From the human T2T-CHM13v2.0 reference genome, Homo sapiens, in assembly GCF_009914755.1 (NCBI RefSeq), contig NC_060931.1: 64,000 nucleotides of DNA. The stretch is one strand, 5' to 3'. The translations under genes and the position numbers were made by a program. Below are positions 60,046 through 64,000 of the stretch, piece after piece. Below the pieces are notes generated by a model, which searched no databases, had not been told where the DNA came from, and saw only the letters and a list, made by a program, of their open reading frames with translations. Position 1 is the first letter of the stretch, and each line of letters opens with the position of its first letter.

Positions 60046-60294
60046 ATGAAGGGATGCTGGAGTTTACTGAACATACAAAATATTAATGTGGGCTTTGTAT
60101 TACAAACTTCATTCAAAATATTTAATACAGACCATGTGTAATGCTGTAAGAAACAGTGTAATATTTCCCCAGCCTATGCAGAACTTACATATTAATGAAT
60201 TGTCAGCGTAGATATTTTCAAGGAAATGCATACACATTCAAAATAGTATTGAAATCGTGGTATGAAGATGAAAAACAATTTTAAATAAGCTGAA

Positions 60295-60418
60295 AATAGA
60301 GATAGGGTTTCACCATGTTGCCCAGGCTGGTGTCAAACTCCTGGGCTCAAATGATCCACCTGCTGCATCAGCCTCCCAAAGTCCAGGGATTACAGGTGTG
60401 AGCCACCACATCCAGCCT
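60295..60418 (-). mobile_element. Alu left monomer/FLAM
   Basis: Antisense monomer. Confidence 0.8.
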
Positions 60419-60689
60419 GAAGCTTTTTTTGATGTCAGATAAATAAATCCTTTTCATTTTAGTGATTTCCACTTCACAACTTGTTCTTTGTCTTCATTTG
60501 AATCTTCAGTCCTCGGCTCATGCATTTCTTTTCATCAGTTCCCTCTTAGCTTTACTTTTTCCCCTGTATAATCTGTTTGCCGTATTTTCTTTACTACTTG
60601 ACTGTTGGGGTGTGGAAGGTCACGTAATCTTGCTGACTGGCCCTATAATAAATGTGAGGGTGTGCTGAAAAGAGGGGAGGGTACCGTTT

Positions 60690-60880
60690 GTAGTGTTTTA
60701 CTGTGTGCCAGGCATTGATAAATATTTAACATATATTGACCACCAAAATCCATGTGATAGTTGGAAACATTCCCATTGATGGATTGGGAAACGGGAGCTC
60801 TAAAAGGTTTTAAGCGATTTGTTCCAAGGTCAGCTTGGATTCAAACCCTAGGCTGATTTGAAAGTACATGCTCTTAATAT
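60690..60880 (-). mobile_element. MIR
   Basis: TGTGTGCCAGGCATTG...CCAAGGTCAGC...GGATTCAAACCC. Confidence 0.65.
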
Positions 60881-62087
60881 TAAAGAGCATGGATTTTGGT
60901 TACAATATGAAGGTGGATTTTGGTTACAATATGAAGAATTCTAACAGCAGTCTATTCATTAAAGAACATGGGCCACTTACCACTTAAAGCATATGCTTTA
61001 TTGAAATTTAGTTGGCATTCAGGGGCGCTGGCCACCTCACATAATGACCTGTTTTGGTGAAAAATCAGCTTCTGCTTGGGTATTTATGTGTTGATTTCTG
61101 TTCCTTGGCCATTTTATCAGCATTTTGAAGATTTTAAAAGATGAATCTTCTAAAGATTCTTTCAGCTTATTTGTGTTTATTTGTAGTTTTTATGAACAAT
61201 TGGGTTTAAATCTTGTGGATGTTTTTCCTACTTTGTCTTTACAAAGATTGGCTAAAAACATTTCTTGAAGACATTAATTACTCTTAGTTATTGGTGGTGG
61301 TTTTCCAGAATTATTTTGATCTGAAGTTACTGATGTCAGATTAAAATCCGTGCAAGAAATTATTATGTGTGTTTTGTTCTTTCTCTAAACCTATGGAAGT
61401 TCCATTCCACCAAGAAGCACAGAAGCATTCATTATGGAATAATAAGAACCTAAGAATCTGAAAAAGATGGGTGGACTCTAAATATAAATAAGAAAAATTA
61501 TTGTTATATGTGGTACCTCTGTAATGGATTATTTAGTGTTTTGTCCTGAAAACTATAGTTCAAAAGTATATGAAATGAAGATATTCCGTAATGAAAAAAA
61601 AACTCAAAAAATATGCCACTGATTTAATATATACTTAATAGAAATAAGTCATGAAAATCCCTAGGTGAATGGAATTCTTAAAATGCTTTTAAAAAGTGTC
61701 AAAAAATAGGATACTAGAACAAATGGAGAAACTCTCAGAAGGGAATGGAAGTTTAGGTTAACTGTCTTAAATTTCCAAAGCTGTAATCATTATTTTCATT
61801 CTCAAAGTGATGGCCTTGTGTTTTGCTCCTTCTCTGACCAAACTTCACCTGACATTTACATCTACTCAGTCCTTATCACATTTCTTTTCCGCTAACGCTA
61901 ATATTTATTTCTTTCCATTTCTATCACCATTTCAGGTTAATTAGCTAGACTTCATGTTACTGTGAACATTCTTCTCGTTTCATCCATTCTTCTCAGTTCA
62001 TTCTGTATCAGGAGAGTTTTCTTAATATCTTTGTTTAGCTCATGTCACTCCCATTATATTAGAATTATTATTAGAATAAACCTAAAC

Positions 62088-62383
62088 TTTTTTTTTTAGG
62101 GATAGTGTCTAGGTCACTTGCCCACCCTGGAGTGCAGTGATGATGTGATCATGGCTCACAGCAGCTTCGAACTCCTGGGCCCAGAGGATCCTCCTGCTTC
62201 AGCCTCCCGAGTAGCTGGGATTACAGGTGCATGCCACCATGCCTGGCTAATTTTTGTGTTTTTTGTAGTGATGGGTTTTACCATGTTGCTCTGACTTGTC
62301 TTGAACTCCTGGCCTCAGACAATCCTCCCGCCTGGGCCTCCCAAAGTGTTGGGATTACAGGCAAGAGCAGCTGTGCATGGCCA
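62088..62383 (-). mobile_element. AluJ
   Basis: Diverged antisense Alu; CTAAACTT flanks. Confidence 0.85.
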
Positions 62384-62584
62384 AGTCTAAACTTCCTAAT
62401 GTTCCATCAGTTAATGCCTTTTATGATCTGGCTCCATTCTATCACAGTTCTGTTTTCAAAGACATTTTTATTTCTATTTTTATACTTGCTGTTCTGTTAG
62501 CTTAAATGATAAGAGACACTCCAAACTCTCTTTTGCTCTTCATCTCCAGCTTTGCATTTAAAACTCAGCTCAAAAATCCCACTG

Positions 62585-62586
<2 letters not shown>

Positions 62587-62628
<42 letters not shown>
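62587..62628 (+). repeat. (GT)21 microsatellite
   Basis: Direct reading; forms the tail of an antisense Alu monomer (62629-62745) within TSD AAATCCCACT. Confidence 0.95.
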
Positions 62629-62631
<3 letters not shown>

Positions 62632-64000
62632 GGTAGAGATGGTGTTTTACTGTGTTGCTCAGGCTGGTCTCCTGGGGTTGAACAATCCTCCTGTCCTTGC
62701 CTCCCAAAGTGTTGGGATTACAGGCATGAGCCAGTGTGTCCAGCCTTAAATCCCACTATCTTGAGACCTTTTTCCATTCATCTAGATAAAAGTTAGTTTT
62801 TTTTCCTGTGCCCCCACAGCACTTTATCTTTGTTGTAGAGTTTTAAAAAATTCTGTTTAATATCTGCTTAGTTGGCTGGCTGCCTTTGTGTTTTCCCTAC
62901 TAGATTGTAAGCTCCTAGAGGACAAATTACAGAGCTTATTTATTGGTGGTTTAATTTAAATACATTTTTTCTCTACAGATTAGTGCAAACCAGTCTGCAC
63001 AGATGCGAGTTATATCTGTAAACTTGCTTGGTATTTTGGTTTACATACACTCTCATACTCTAGGATAGGGCAGGTAATTGTTTCGATTTATAAGGAGGGA
63101 ATTTAAGAACCTCCTTCTAGCTTCTACTTTATTAGAATGAGTAGAGGATGCTGGGAGTCACTTTAGTGTGAATGGAATAAATTCAGACCTAGTGTTTATA
63201 TTTGCCCTCTGTTGTGCTGATCAAGATAAATTCTTGGTGCGTTTGAATTAATCTTTAAAGAGAAAATTTTCTGAGCAGACATTATGTCAAACTTATTTCC
63301 CAACTCTGAAAAATTGTAGCTATTTTTGAAAAACCAGTTGGAAGTGAATGTTGCTTAATATTCACATATAAGATAATTTTAATTTTTTCCTTTATTTTGG
63401 ACTTTTTTTGTGTGAATATCATTTTGTTGTTGTTATTTTGGTTTTGGTTGGCTTTGTTTTCTATAAATTTATAAGCTTTGAAGTGGGTGTTGGAAGCAAA
63501 AGTACCAAGCTAAAATCAGAAGCATTACTTGTTTGCAGTGATTTTGTTCCTTGAATTCCTGCACATTTAAATTGTGGAAGAACCTAGTGTTTTTTATGTA
63601 TTTGGAAAGTAAAATTGATGTACATTAGAGGATAAATATAGGTAAAACTGGAATGTAAGTAAAATGGAAATGAGGTTAGTGAGAGGAACCGAAAATGGTA
63701 AATGATCTACACGCCTCCCTGCTTTTCTGTTTGCATTTTCAGTTGCATAGGGGCACTTTCACTGGGATATTTTATTGGCATTCCAAACTCAATTTACCTA
63801 ACATTAAATTATTTCACCTTTCTTAGAGTCATTTTTTTTCTGTTACTGCTCTTTATTATTTTTCACCTGTTTGCAAGCATAATAGAGGCTAATGGTAGAA
63901 ATTTTCCGTTAGTATAGAAAAGTATAAGAGATTAAAAGGCCCCTTAGGTCCAGCTACCTGATGAGATGATCACTCATGACATTTTGATAAATATTCTTCT

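Noticed and set aside
60295-62745. Inverted-Alu dsRNA as the explanation for CDK13 editing
   Set aside because: All intron 1 Alus visible in the window are in the same (antisense) orientation and far from the edited codons

Overview
Primate (almost certainly human) genomic DNA containing the promoter CpG island, the whole first coding exon (ATG 56142 to donor after 57352) and the first ~6.6 kb of intron 1 of CDK13 on the + strand. CDK13 is recognised from the N-terminus [30 protein letters not shown] and the RS domain. The preceding ~54 kb is intergenic and mostly transposon debris: dozens of Alus, a nested L1 block (~8-21 kb), two THE1A solo LTRs, MLT1 LTRs, an ERVL pol/dUTPase relic with an LTR33-like LTR, plus MIR, L2, MER5A and MER3. 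Nearly all listed ORFs other than CDK13 are repeat artefacts. The main observation is a long-range RNA duplex. The first ~75 nt of intron 1, starting at donor position +6, are complementary to the exon 1 segment holding the K96 and Q103 A-to-I recoding codons (core: 35 of 40 intronic nt paired). This is a candidate editing-complementary sequence abutting the 5' splice site. Other candidate post-transcriptional controls are a strong-Kozak 4-codon uORF, an in-frame stop inside the donor with intronic poly(A) signals, and two possible poison exons in intron 1. Repeat boundaries and subfamily names were assigned by eye and are approximate.
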